Source of the DNA: Octopus vulgaris
Taxonomy: Eukaryota
Direction of reading: 5' to 3'
NCBI GenBank assembly: GCA_951406725.2
Contig: OX597818.1
Location: forward strand, 23,622,001-23,686,000
Length of the DNA: 64,000 bases
Shown here: positions 12,881-26,100 of the stretch, in pieces
How positions within the stretch are numbered: position 1 is the first letter of the stretch
How the letters are laid out: every line of letters starts with the position of its first letter
Made by a program: the position numbers and the translations under genes
Notes under the pieces: model-generated
Told to the model about the DNA's origin: nothing
Databases searched by the model: none
What the model saw: only the letters and a program-made list of their open reading frames with translations

Positions 12881-12987
12881 ATTTCTTACTGATGAATCTA
12901 AGGGCCTATGGTAGATTGGCTTGATTTAATTTAATCAGGTTAGTTTTCCATTAAACAGTAGATGAAACGGTGCATCGTCTAAGAAAT
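12881..12987 (+). ncRNA. Type I hammerhead ribozyme in the inverted unit
   Basis: ATTTCTTA 12881-12888, CTGATGA 12889-12895, GAAAC 12964-12968, GTC 12977-12979, TAAGAAAT 12980-12987. Confidence 0.8.
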
Positions 12988-13144
12988 TACAGGGTAAATG
13001 TTTTTTAATTTTCTCCTGGTTTACGGAATTGACGTTATTTTGCGGTTAAAGCTTTTGGCTGTTATTTCTAGTGGGTGAATGGCCTATTATGGCCGTTCCT
13101 TGATTGTGATATATATATATATATATATATAAATGATAAACGTC

Positions 13145-13437
13145 ACCCTTTTCAAGCCTAGCCAGGCTCATGGGCCCGGTTTCTGTGGTGTATGTGTTCC
13201 CCCCAGCTGGTCGAGACACCAGTCCATCACAGCATTACTCAAGAAACAGGGAGAGAGAGTGAGAGAAAGTTGTGGCAAAAGAATACAACAGGATTCGACA
13301 CCACCCCCTGCCGGAGCGTCGTGGAGCTTTTAGGTGTTCTCGCTCAATAAACACACACAACACCTGGTCTGGGAATCGAAACCACGATCCACTGACCATG
13401 AGTCCGCTGCCCTAACCACTGGGCCATTGCGCCTCCA
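13145..13437 (-). mobile_element. tRNA-derived SINE (second copy 46985-47260)
   Basis: Minus strand GGAGGCGCAATGGCCCAGTGGTTAGG (A box) and GTTTCGATTCC (B box). Confidence 0.75.
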
Positions 13438-13499
13438 CACACACACACACATATGTGTGTGTGTGTGTATCTATGTATATATATATATGTTAGTTGTCT

Positions 13500-14035
13500 T
13501 CAATGTGGCTGATGCTAGTAGCACATAAAATACACCTGTTGAGTGTCGGATCTTACAGAGGTAATGTGGCTAATGCCGATGTAGCATAACTAGCATTGGG
13601 TCTCACGGAGGCATCTGGTACCCATGCTGGTGGTATGTAAAAAGCACCTGTCAAGCATTGGACCTCATGGGGTCCAATGTTGTTGCGTAATGCCAGTGTT
13701 GTGCCAGTGGCACATAAAAAACACCTTTCAAGTGTTGGGCCTCATACAGGCAATGACAAATGACTGAGACACTTGGCAATATGCTGTGCTTGAGAAGAAG
13801 ACCCATTGAGCCAAGTGAAATTGTAGCCATGGCAGAAACTGGTGTCATGCAACTGGCACATAAAAGCACCCATTACACTCTTGGAATGGTTGACATTAGG
13901 AAGAGCATCCAGGCATAGAAACCATACCAAATCAGACTGGAGTCTGATGCAGCCCCTCAGCTTACCAGCCCTGGTCAAACCATCCAACCCATACCAGCAT
14001 GGACAACAGACATTAAAAGATGATGATGATGATGA
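13500..14035 (+). mobile_element. RTE-LINE 3' UTR-derived repeat ending in (GAT)n (related 40010-40480, 59560-59960 and 61720-61865)
   Basis: Shared GGAAGGGCATCCAG...CCATCCAACCCATGC..GCATGG...GATGATGAT tail, which is attached to the RTE coding fragment at 40480-41060. Confidence 0.6.
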
Positions 14036-14802
14036 TAATGATGGCCTCTTGGTATTGTGAGTGAAATTCAGTTGCTGGAAACTGTGTAGAGGCCATCAGG
14101 TTGAATGTATCTCTTGATTCAAAGGTCTCAGATTTGTCCCATTGATTCCACCAGGGTGTACATGTCGTTGTTGTCATCGTTGTCATCATCATCATCGTCG
14201 TCGTCACCATTTAGCATCAGCAATCTTCCATTCTGGCATGGGTTGGACAGTTTGGCAAGATCTAAAAGGTTCATGTCCCAGCATCTGATTTGACATGGTT
14301 TTGCAACTGAATGCTATTCCTTTCCCCAACCCCTTTACAGTGTTCTAATTACCCTTGCCATGTTACCTGCACTATTGAGGTTACCATGTGGGTCACAAGA
14401 CAATGAATCTCAAAGGAGTCAGGGTCACCTTTGTACTAGCAGATGAGGGGGTTAAAGTATGAGAGAAGTGGGGTGGAGAACAGAGCAAGTTCTTGTAGAG
14501 AGGCAGCTTGAGGAATCATATATAGTAAGAGAGGGAGAGAATGATCAGTAGGAGCTGTGAAGGGACAGATGGTGTTGATGAGGTGTCCAGGTGGTCTTTT
14601 AAGTGGAAGGTAAGTAGAAGTATGTATACAAGGTGTTTGTAAGATTTGCAGGTAGGATATGAGGAGATGAGAAGGCAAACTACAACTGTAAGAACTGGGA
14701 AAGCTGATGACTGACAAGTCATGAGTTGGGAAAGATGACAGGATGCAGAAGAGAGCAGAGTAGAGCAACAGGATGATAGTGATGAAACAGTTAACAGGGA
14801 GG

Positions 14803-14840
<38 letters not shown>

Positions 14841-16149
14841 ATGATTGGGTAGACTGCAGAAGTGGAGTTGAGGAGAGCAGACATAGAGCATGATAGGAGG
14901 TAATTTGGTTCAGTGGAAGGCATTGAATCAATGTAACATGTGGGTGGAGAGCACAATTTACATAGTGCTCTCAGAACTCAGCTTCACTGAGGTTTGCAGG
15001 TTTTATCAAGAACCTCATATTGCCAAACATAACTTACTTTTTAATTAAGTGAGTTGTCCCACCCTGATAAAAAAAGATCTTAATCTCGTATGTTACATAT
15101 ATATAAACACCTCTCACAAATCCCATACACAACCATTTCATCTGCTTCATTGCTGATTCCTTTACCACATATCCTACTTTATGACACCACTAAGCATGCA
15201 ACCAACCAGAGAACAAGAACAAGTCATTTACACTAAAACTCTTCCTGTTTGTTAAGCTGGCAGTTATCATGCTTTTATGCATTTACTTAATAGCTTGTTT
15301 ATTCATTTTGGACTCAATTAACCTATGTATTTCTTGTTCACAGTTATCAGTCACATGCTTAACTCATTCTTTCACTCATTCTTTACTTTTTGGCGATGCA
15401 TTACAACTAACTCAAATAGTTTATTTTCATTGTCGGATGAAATTGTGAACTCAGAGAATTGATCTTTGAAGATAAAATGTTGAAGCACTCTACACTCACA
15501 TGCTCCTCCTCCTCATCATCATTGTTTTAACTTCTGCTTTTCTATGCTCACATGGGTTCAACAGAGTTTACTGAGGTACATTTTCTATAGCTGGAGACCC
15601 TTCTTATCACCAACCCTCACCTGTTTTCAAGCAAAGGAATAATTTCCCCACAGTCAGAGATGTTTTTGCAGAAAATTGGAAATGAATGACACTGCTTGTG
15701 TGAGAGTGACACTCTTTTACAACTATCATGTAATGTCAAGACAAAGAAACACAAACATATACATAAGTGCAGGAGTGGCTGTGTGGTAAGTAGCTTGCTA
15801 GCCAAGCACATGGTTCCAGGTTCAGTCCCACTGTATGGTAACTTGGACAAGTGTCTTCTACTATAGTCTTGGGCTGACCAAAGCCTTGTGTGTGGATTTG
15901 GTAGACAGAAACTGAAAGAAGCCCATCATATATATGTATATATATGTGTGCGTGTGTGTATATTTGTCTGTGTTTGCCCCCACCACCACCACCACCATCA
16001 CTTGACAACCAATGTTGGTGTGTTTACAAGGCTTACAAAGAATAAGTCCTGGGGTAGATTTGTTCAACTAAAGGCAGTGCTCCAGCATGGCCAGTCAAAT
16101 GACTGAAACAAATACAAAAAAATACACTCATACATACATGATGGTTGTC

Positions 16150-16730
16150 CACTCATGATTGAGGAAGACCATTGCTGACCTTCAGGAACATTGGGCGCTC
16201 TAGGACTAACTTATATTTTGCATCTGCGGCTCTGTTGGTGGCTAATGAGCCCTGCTCTTGACAAGCATACACGACTGCAAACATTGAAACCCAAGCTTTC
16301 CCCATTCACTACACCAGCAGTGCACTTTTGAGCAGTATGCTTAAATTCTTCATGCAGAATATGTGCTCTCTCAAAGGTGTTTGCCCCCTCTTTAACCTAC
16401 TTCCTCCATCTGTGGTGATGACAGGCCATGCTCTCCCAGTCAGCCTCCTGCATATCACAGGGCTTTAATGAAGACTTGATACAGTCCTTAAATTGCAATC
16501 TTGGTTTCTGCTGGGGTCTCTTTCCATTAACAATTTCCTCATAAAGCATCTGCTTAGGGATTCTGCTATCCTTCATTCTAATAAAGTGTCCAGTCCAACG
16601 TAACTGGTGCCTGTGCACCATCAATACTCAAGATATAAGCTGTCCTCAGGACTTGTGTGTCGGGAATTTTTAAGGTCCAGCCAACATTCAGAATGTATCT
16701 CAGACATCTCTGATGCAAGCATTCAAGGAC
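16150..16730 (-). mobile_element. RTE-clade LINE 3' fragment (RT C-terminal region)
   Basis: QLRWTGHFIRMKDSRIPKQMLYEE...GKRPQQKPRLQFKDCIK is typical of RTE/BovB-like ORF ends. Confidence 0.85.
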
Positions 16731-16849
16731 CATTATATGACTACATGTATGTAAATCTCCTTATATGAAGATGTAATTTGTCCGTTTTGTGTTCCTTTCA
16801 AATGCCTGATGGTAGAGTGAGACAGGGTCAAGAGGACAGGATTGGGGAA

Positions 16850-17873
16850 ATACATATATGTATGTGTGTGTGCATATATATATATACACACATACATATA
16901 TACATACATATATATATACTTATACATACATATATATATATATATACATATATATATACATATATATATACTTATACCTACATATATATACACATATATA
17001 TATACATATACATATATATATATACATATATATATACATATACATATATATATATACATATATATATATACACATATATATAAACATATACATATATATA
17101 CATATATATATACATATACATATATATATCCATATACATATACATATATATATATACATATATATATACATATACATATACATATATATATACATATATA
17201 CATATACATATATATATATACATACATACATATACATATATATATATGCATACATACATATACATATATATATATATACCTACATACATATACATATATA
17301 TATATACATACATACATATACATATATATATATATATACATACATACATATACATATATATATATACATACATACATATACATATATATATATACATACA
17401 TACATATACATATATATATACATACATATACATATATATACATACATATACATATATATACATACATACATATACATATATATATATACATACATACATA
17501 TACATATATACATACATACATATACATATATATATATATATATACATACATATACATATATATATATACATACATACATATATATATATATACATACATA
17601 CATATACATATATATATATACATACATACATATACATATATATATATACATACATACATACATATACATATATATATATACATACATACATATACATATA
17701 TATATATACATACATACATATACATATATATATATACATACATACATATACATATATATATATACATACATACATATACATATATATATATATACATACA
17801 TATACATATATATATATACATACATACATATACATATATATATATACATACATACATATACATATATATATAT

Positions 17874-17926
<53 letters not shown>

Positions 17927-18090
17927 CATATATATATACATACATATATATATACATACATACATATATATATACATATATATATATATATACATACATA
18001 TACATATATATATATATACATATATATATACTTATATATACATACACATATATACAAACATATATATATATACATACATATATATACAAA
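16850..18090. repeat. ~1.2-kb compound (TA)n/(TACA)n microsatellite
   Basis: Read directly from the sequence; it produces the long spurious Y/I/H/T ORFs. Confidence 0.95.
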
Positions 18091-18257
18091 TTGAGATAGG
18101 GGTTGTAAATGCAACCCTCCATGGGATAATATATTTTCAATATACTGCTAGTGAAGTACCCAACAAAGTTAATACATAAATGTTAATGATTGCGATGCAA
18201 TCAATTCATTTACTGTATTATATGGGCAAAGGTAAAATGATTTACCACAAATTACTA

Positions 18258-18610
18258 ATACAAGATAAGAAAATGGAGAAATACATCTAAATCAAATATC
18301 AATTACCAGATAATACTCAATCACATACTTTATTAAACCACCACATAAGAGACTGTAGGGTTAGATATAAAAAGCATAACAACTCAGTGTACAGAAAGGA
18401 ATGTACATAAAAAAGTGTACATAAAAAAGTAATGTTTACTTTTTTATGTACACTTTTTTATGTACATTCCTTTCTGTACACTGAGTTGTTATGCTTTTTA
18501 TATCTAACCCTACAGTCTCTTATGTGGTGGTTTAATAAAGTATGTGATTGAGTATTATCTGGTAATTGATATTTGATTTAGATGTATTTCTCCATTTTCT
18601 TATCTTGTAT
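18258..18610. repeat. Near-perfect palindrome with 175-bp arms and a 3-nt loop
   Basis: 18258-18432 is the reverse complement of 18436-18610; loop TGT. Confidence 0.9.
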
Positions 18611-18816
18611 ACATACATATATATACATATATATACATGTATATACATATATATACACATATATATACATGCATACATATACATATATTCACATACATAC
18701 ATATATATACATATATATACATACATACATATATATACATACATATACATACATACATATACATACATATACATACATATACATACATATACATACATAC
18801 ATATACATACATATAC

Positions 18817-18889
<73 letters not shown>

Positions 18890-20457
18890 CATATGTATAC
18901 ATATATATACATACACACACACACACACATATATACTACATATGTGGAAAATTGGTAATTGTGGCATTGTTAGCTAACTCCTCCTACATCATTTTATTGA
19001 TTTTGATGAAACTTGACACATGAGTAGAACTCATGTATGGATACCTCATGATATACTTAGATTGTTGAAAAAAATCAATAATACAGCTCCTGGAAGGGAC
19101 CTTTATATCTACCTCATATAACTATTTTTTTAAATACCCAAGGGAAATAACTCATAGCACCTGTACAATATTTTTTTAAAACACTCAAGGGAAATAAGGG
19201 GAACATTGTTATGTTCAATTACTTTGAATATTGATTTTTTTCGTGTGTCCTATTTCTAATTTTTGCAGACAATATCACATTTATGCTTTATTTGACACAT
19301 GAGTAGAACACATGTCTGGAAACCTCATGACATACTTAGATTGTTGAAAAAAACCAATAGGACCCTTCCAATGGATCCTTCTATCTACTACATATTACTA
19401 ATATTTTATTTAAACAACCTAAAGGAAATAACCCATACCACTTGCAGATTTTAGCGAAGCAATCAATATTTGATTCTTATGATCAACCGACCTAATTCTG
19501 CATTTGACTACCCACAGTTTTGAACTGCTAAACATTATTATTGCACCTCCTTAATTTGAATCTTAAACATTAAAGACTTCATTCATACATTTCTATACAT
19601 ACATACTTTTTTGAATGCCCATTACTCCGATAATTCTGCATTTTTACAGTTACACATTTTCCATGACAGTAGATAAATTTTTTATTCCACAACATATTTG
19701 TAGTGGCTTCATGCAGGCATAGTGTCGATTCAATCTTCGATTGCCAAATTTTACTTAATACTTCAACAGTGTTTTTCTCATGGTAAAACAATAGATTTTC
19801 TGTGAATGACACCAGTTATACATTTCCCAGATGCCTTCGCTAAGCAGAATAATGTCTTTGCCTCTTGCCAACCTCCAGCAACCTCTCTCATCAACCTCCG
19901 AAAACCTCTCCTGCCAACCTCCAACAATCTTTCCCTCCTCCAGCTGACAGTTTTTTGTACTTTTTTGTGATGGAAAATACACCTTTTGTGGCATGCATGG
20001 TGAACGTTACTTTAAGTTACTATGGTTTTGGGGAGAAAAGAATGTGAGTGGGAGATTTAGAAACTTGATATGGCTATAAAAATTATTATGCTATTGACCT
20101 CATCCCAACTTTAGGTTTAAGTCCAAAATGCGAGTCCTAGGGTTTTAAGTAGGTCAAAGTGTATTTTTTCAATCCTAGCCTTAGGTTTGTGATCTTCTGA
20201 AATTTTATATAACAGCTAGCTACTAAATGAGATTAAATTTAATTTAATATAATATATGTGATATGAAAGACTTACTCATGAAGGCAATTAGAAATTTTCC
20301 CTAAATAATTGAGTTTTAGATTATATGCAGTTTCACCACCCCATATCTGTTGCTAGAACTTTTAAAAAGAGAGCTTAATTTAAGGAGAATAGTGATTGCT
20401 ACTTGAAAGCAAACCAGACATTACACTGACATTTATATATATATATATATATACATA

Positions 20458-20833
20458 TGTAAGATCCAGGGACCGAGGTGTAGGAAGAAAGTTAGCTTCA
20501 AGCAATCCGTAGTAAATATAAAAAAACAACTTTCAGAGACAATAGTAGTTTATTGAGATGGAAGGTTGTGGATCTTTTTCATATCGAAGTACAATAAACT
20601 GACAAAAGTTCTTTTTATATTTCATAGTAGGCAACCAGGGTTGCTGGGAGTGCAAATAATACAAGAGTTACAGAATGGAGCAGATAAGATCTGGGCTACA
20701 TATGTTTCATAGCAAGCAGAACCTCAGAAGTGATAAATATCCAAGAGAGATGTATACCACAGGCTACTCTTCAGACCAAAGATATCTTGATTAACTGAAA
20801 ATTTACATTGCCATAAAGAGGTATATGTTAACG
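20458..20833 (-). mobile_element. Possible solo LTR
   Basis: TGTAAG...GTTAACG ends, with minus-strand TATA-like (ATATAAAAAG) and AATAAA motifs in LTR order. No second copy in the window to confirm it. Confidence 0.3.
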
Positions 20834-20869
20834 CATGGAAGAGTCAATCAATATCTATATCTATCTATA

Positions 20870-21430
20870 TATATCTATTATATAAAATTCGTTCTGTCTG
20901 TCTGTGCATGTCTTCTAGGATCTTGGGCATCCTCCATCCGATCGCGCTCAAATTTGATATATAGATACCAACGGTATCAGGGCATGTATAAGTCTTAAAA
21001 AAAAATACAAAAATCAATTCCAGGTGAGAATGCGATCGATAAAGCCATTTTCGTCCTGTTTTTCTTCCGTCAACCTGTACATAACTGCACCTTCCATTTT
21101 TTGTTGTTTTTTGCATTGCTTAAAGGCACGTTTCTTTCCTGCCAAGCTTACTGTTTAAACCATGTTTGTGTTCTCCCAGTCAACAGCCTTATCATTACTG
21201 GTACTTTAAACTCTTCAGTTGCATATTTGTGTGAATAAAATCGTTTTTCTTTGAAATAGAAAAAAAGTCTTTCTTTATTTCTTCTTTTGCTCAAATTTAG
21301 GTTAAATCAGTGTTTCTCAAAGGGGAGGCCTATGGGACGGTCAGACAAGTTGTTTTGAGAAAATTTGGTCTAAATGTTTGACAACTCAGCACCGTCAATT
21401 GGACGGGGGGGGGGGGGCGTTTTGCTTGGA
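20870..21430 (+). mobile_element. Non-autonomous Helitron 5' part
   Basis: TCTAT...TATATAAAA followed by TCTGTCTGTCTGTG, similar to the 5' end of the Helitron at 30013. Confidence 0.5.
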
Positions 21431-21444
21431 AATATATATATATA

Positions 21445-21625
21445 GGGAGAGTTTACGAAAAAAAACAAAAGACGAAGACAGGTGGTGTACAAAACAAACA
21501 GATGTATTAGTATAACACTCAGGAATAGAAAAAGTCTTTTACGTTTCGAGCCTACGCTCTTCTACAGAAAAGGACACAGAAAAAAACAAGGAGAGAAAAA
21601 AAATGTGTGTAGTGGCTAACGATCT

Positions 21626-21630
<5 letters not shown>
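21445..21630 (-). mobile_element. Short PLE-type terminal repeat with a hammerhead-like motif (second copy 63225-63405, +)
   Basis: Minus strand TTTT-CTGTAGA-A-GAGC-GTAG-GCTC-GAAAC-GTA-AAAG. Both copies lie next to (TA)n. Confidence 0.65.
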
Positions 21631-21674
<44 letters not shown>

Positions 21675-22521
21675 TATCATCATCAACATCAATGTTTTAA
21701 ATTTTTAACATCCTCTTTTCCATAGTTAGATGGAATTTGCTGAGGTAGATTTACAACAATCAGATGCCCTTCTTGTCACTAACCTTTCCTTGTAAGATAA
21801 TATTTCCCCTTGATCAGAAATGTTTTCACAGAAGAATGAAAACAAAAGATACCACTTGCATGACAATTACACTCATTTACAACTATTATGCATTGTCCTG
21901 GCAAGGAAACAGTAACACACACGCAAATATACACACACACACTCACATACATATATATCTATTACTTGTTTCAGTTATTTGACTGCGGCCATGCTGGAGC
22001 ACCCACTTTAGTCAAGCAAATCAACCCCAGGACTTATTCTTTGTAAGCCCAGTACTTATTCTATTGGTCTCTTTCACTGAACCGCTAAGTTACAGGGACG
22101 TAAACACACCAGCATCGGTTGTCAAGCAATGTTGGGCGGACAAACACAGACATACAAACACACACACACACATATATACATATACATATATACGATGGGC
22201 TTCTTTCAGTTTCCATCTATCAAATCTACTCACAAGTCTTTGGTCAGCCTGAGGCTATAGTAGAAGACACTTGCCCAAGGTACCACGCAGTGGGACTGAA
22301 CCAGGAACCATGTGGTTGGTAAGCAAGCTATTTACCACACAGCCAATATATAACAATGATAAATAATTTGGACAAATAAGTCAATTAGTGCGTTTAAATG
22401 TTAAGTAGAGCATGAGCACAATTTAGGCTACCATAGGAAAATCCAATACACCCCTAGTAGTAGTAATAATAATGATAATAACTAATAGTTTGATGAGTAA
22501 TAGTATGAATCATTATAATAA

Positions 22522-25020
22522 CCAGAGGTGGGCACCATTAATTGAAAAGTTAACTTCATTAATCATTAGTCCATTAACCAAAAAGTTAACTTCATTAATC
22601 GTTAATTCTTTGAAAATGTAACGGAAGTTAACAGTAATCCGTTAACATTAACTTTTATTGAAAATAGCGTAACTACAGTATAATACTCTACCAAATTTGT
22701 AGCCTCGTAACTTCCAGGAAAACAGATACTTTTTAACAAAACTTTCACCAAATAATCGCTTATATTCTGTAGATTGAGTGGATATAAAGATTTGTTGGAA
22801 AAAATTTTCCAAGGGGTTGGAGAGAGGAGTTTCAGAAAATTCATAAGACCTGACATTTTCTCCCTCCTAACTTTCTGGAAAATAGGCACTTTTTAATGAA
22901 ATTTTATACAAATACCTTTCAAATGGTGTCAATTACGATTACAAAGAAATCTGTAGGTAATGTTTTTAGGAGGGGTCGGGGAGGAATATCTGGAAAACTG
23001 AGTTTTGGATCAGACAGCTCGCATAAGTTGGAATTTCTGTTTCGATAGGGATTTTTCCAATATTTTTCACCAAAGACTTCAGAATGATGGGAGGCAGCTT
23101 TCCACGAAAAAAAAAGAAAAAAAATTGTGAAATTTTTTTTAACTCCCCCACCACCACCACTGCAGTCCAAAACGATTTTGGCCATTTTTTTTCACTACAC
23201 ACTTAAAACCCATGAGAGAAACATTTTCAATTTTAAAAAATTGTTAATACTTACAGAGGAAAATGTGATTTAAAGGAGATCTGGCTGTTGTTTCTAGCAC
23301 ATCCCAAAACCTCACTCCTCATTTCTTTCTCAGTCACACATCTATTGATTTTTTCAATATTTTTCTCCCCATAAACAAATTTTATGGAATGATGATGTTA
23401 AACACACCTGTAGTTCCAACAAAGTAAGGCTGTGTTATATGTGTGTATGTAAGAAAGAAAGACACCTAAAAACATCTTTAGTATTCATATTAATCAGTCA
23501 AACGTTATTTTGAATTATTCACGTTCAAGAGGAGTGTCCACAATATTTGCTTGTAACTTTATCAATTTTTTACATAGATTTGAAATTTTGTCAGTGGGTA
23601 CTTTATATACCACTGGTTTATTGTTATGCAATTTTAGCTGATCCTGCAGAGTAAATTTGACTTTTATGGCCAGGTAAATTTAATTAACAGGTGTAAAAGC
23701 AATAACACTATGGATAAACACTAAAATGGAAATTCTTAATGCATCTTACCTGTTTGATTTATTACTAAAATTATCCCAGATGGCAACCAACAAAAATGGG
23801 GTATAGTAATTTGAAATATTTAAAATACAGGTATAATCGGCACAAGATTTTATTCTTTCGGTAAATATTTCGTACCTCGGTGTGGAATAATTCTTTTCCA
23901 CAGTTTTTTGTTTTTGGTTGCATTCAATGTATCTGACCTCCAACCCGCCGCAAGCCACTTTTTTCCAGAAAAGAAAGGTGGGAGGGGAGTAGGGACCTCA
24001 AAGTTTCCTACCAAAGGAGTTTTATTTTGCAGGTCTTTTTTTTCTATGTTATTTTGCATGTTTTCAATGAATGTTACATTGAAATCACACGTAAACGGCC
24101 AGTTTAAACACTAGAGGGTTAAAAAGTGGGCCTTTTTGAGAACTTTAGAATCCAAAAACTATAGCTTTATCTTTTTTTGCTTAGAGTTGAAAAATGCTGA
24201 TTTGATAGTTTTAAATTTTAAAGGGCCTACAAAAAGGCTGATTTCATAGTTTTGGCCCTTTTTTAGGTTTTTAAAGGCATTTAGAGCCAGAAAAGAGTAA
24301 AAAAAAAACTTAAAGGAAACGCAATATTAGTATTAAACTAATAAAAAAAGTTTATTGATAAAGTGGCCATAAAAAATAAAAATAAAAAATGAAAAACATG
24401 ATATATACATAATTTAATTTTTCCTCTTCTTCTCCCTCATTTTATTGATGAAATTCATGTTGCCCTTCATGAAAATTAACATACTAAAATTTTCATCAGA
24501 CAAGGACGATCTCTTGGCACTCAAGATGTCCTTGCTCATGGGAAATAAACATTCAACTGCAGCACTGGAAGGGGTGGTTGTGTTGATCTTGATGAACAAG
24601 TCCACCAACACTTGCTTACTGAAGAAGGTAGCATCTGTTAGTAGATCTTTGGAGTTGGTCTCCAACCTGGTCATTACGAAATTCTGGGCCTTGTCCTTCA
24701 GTGACCTGTGGCTTCCGCTCTCTTTTTGTTGGGTGACACTACTGAAGAAGTCATCCTCCACCTCTTCGCTAATGCTGCCTCTACTGTTGCTGCTCAATTC
24801 CTCAGACCGCTACTTCATGGCCTTATCTGCCATGCTTCTCCTCACCTTGGTGAACTTGGTGCTATCATACCTATCCAATCAGATGAAGCAAAATCTCAGG
24901 TAGAAGACAGCAGCTAGTTGGCATTCCTCATCATCCAAGAGGGTCACAAATCTTTTGTCAATGCCTGCCAAAACTACATCGACCAAGGGGATGCAGTAGA
25001 CAAGTCTTGTGTTAACAGAC
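22522..25020 (-). mobile_element. Decayed hAT DNA transposon with a transposase C-terminal fragment and probable nested inserts
   Basis: ORF 24414-24797 ends LFIKINTTTPSSAAVECLF...DILSAKRSSLSDENFSMLIFMKGN, the hAT dimerisation domain. A terminus-like CAGAGGTGGGCACC with subterminal AAGTTAAC repeats sits at 22522; linking it to the ORF is inference. Confidence 0.7.
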
Positions 25021-25069
25021 TTGATTTAATGGAAGCTAAGTGTAACAGAAGTTAATTAATCCAATAATG

Positions 25070-26100
25070 ATGTCCTCTGGTATAACCCAATCTTGGGCTC
25101 GAACGTCTCATCCAAGATCGCGAAACAGTTCTTCACTGCACTCGGTCATTGCTTCCCTAAAAATGGAGCATACAGCAAAATATTCAGCCGTCACACTGTA
25201 AAACTGTCCTATGCTAACTCATCAAATATAGAGCACCATATTCATAGGATCAATAACTGTAAACTAAGACAGCAAGCAGACTGCACTGAAAATAGGTCCT
25301 CAAAAATTAACCATGACTTAAATAACCAGCCTAGAGACAATGCAAATACCAACCAATTAATACATCAAAGTGATAACAATTCAAACTGTAATACCAATCA
25401 ACCAAGAAAAAGTAACTGCGATATCTACAACAACCAACAAACACATGACACCAGCAACAGTTCAAACACCCAGAAATAATAAAAATAATAAAAGGATAAC
25501 TATGACCACAAATGTATTGATTAGAACCAATTCATCTAGTGCTTGCTGCACACAAGCAAACAAAAAAAACTGACCAATTATGGCCATGCAGGGACAGACC
25601 CAAGTGTCCCTTGGGCAATCAATGCACAACTAGAAATGTGGTGTATAAGTGCACAGTAAACACTAGAGGAGGCCCCTATGTAGATATCGGTGCATCAGCT
25701 GATATTTTCAAGAATCGATATCGCAACCACATTGCCAGCTTTCGAAAAATCTTTAAACGGCATGTAACATCACTGCTGATTTTATCTGGAGGCTCAAGGA
25801 AAAGAAGACAAAATAAGATTTGACCTGGTTCACTATTAGACATGTGAGTCCCTATAACACATTATCCTGGAAATGCCAGCTATGTTCCAAGGAGTCACTC
25901 TCAATATTATTAACAAAGGAGCGCATTATAATCAGATTTACGGAATGATTACCCAGGTGCATGCATACAGCTAAACACACATCCACATACTATAATCCAA
26001 ACCACACCTGACTGATGCAAACCTAACGCCCACAACTCAGATTAATCCCCTGAATTAAAACCTCATGAATGGCAACCATGAAACATATATCAAAGAAGAA
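25070..26100 (+). mobile_element. Penelope-like element 3' fragment (linker plus GIY-YIG), frameshifted
   Basis: WYNPIL.SNVSSKIAKQF...HCFP...SKIFSRHTVKLSY, then CRDRPKCPLGNQCTTRNVVYKCTV...YVDIG...FKNRYRNH..SF. A decayed HHR (CTCATGA-ATGG-caa-CCAT-GAAAC) lies at 26062-26084. Confidence 0.85.

Larger units (their letters stand above)
10997..13110. repeat. ~491-bp tandem array (3.5 direct units plus one inverted ~400-bp unit), hammerhead-containing and retrozyme-like
   Basis: Units start at 10997, 11489, 11980 and 12469 (the last is partial, to about 12712). The inverted copy spans 12711-13110. Units differ at only a few positions, and (TA)n flanks both sides. Confidence 0.95.

Noticed and set aside
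12724-12924. 66-aa ORF in the HHR array unit
   Set aside because: No recognisable motif, it overlaps the ribozyme core, and it is frameshifted in units 1 and 3. Not supported as a protein without ribosome profiling.
14390-14960. ORFs of 146-151 aa in a purine-rich tract
   Set aside because: Low complexity, includes (GA)n and has no recognisable motifs; probably an old LINE remnant that I cannot assign.
16733-18179. Long ORFs of 280-445 aa
   Set aside because: They are translations of (TA)n/(TACA)n microsatellite. The same applies to the ORFs at 880-1170, 18530-19020 and 42058-42739.
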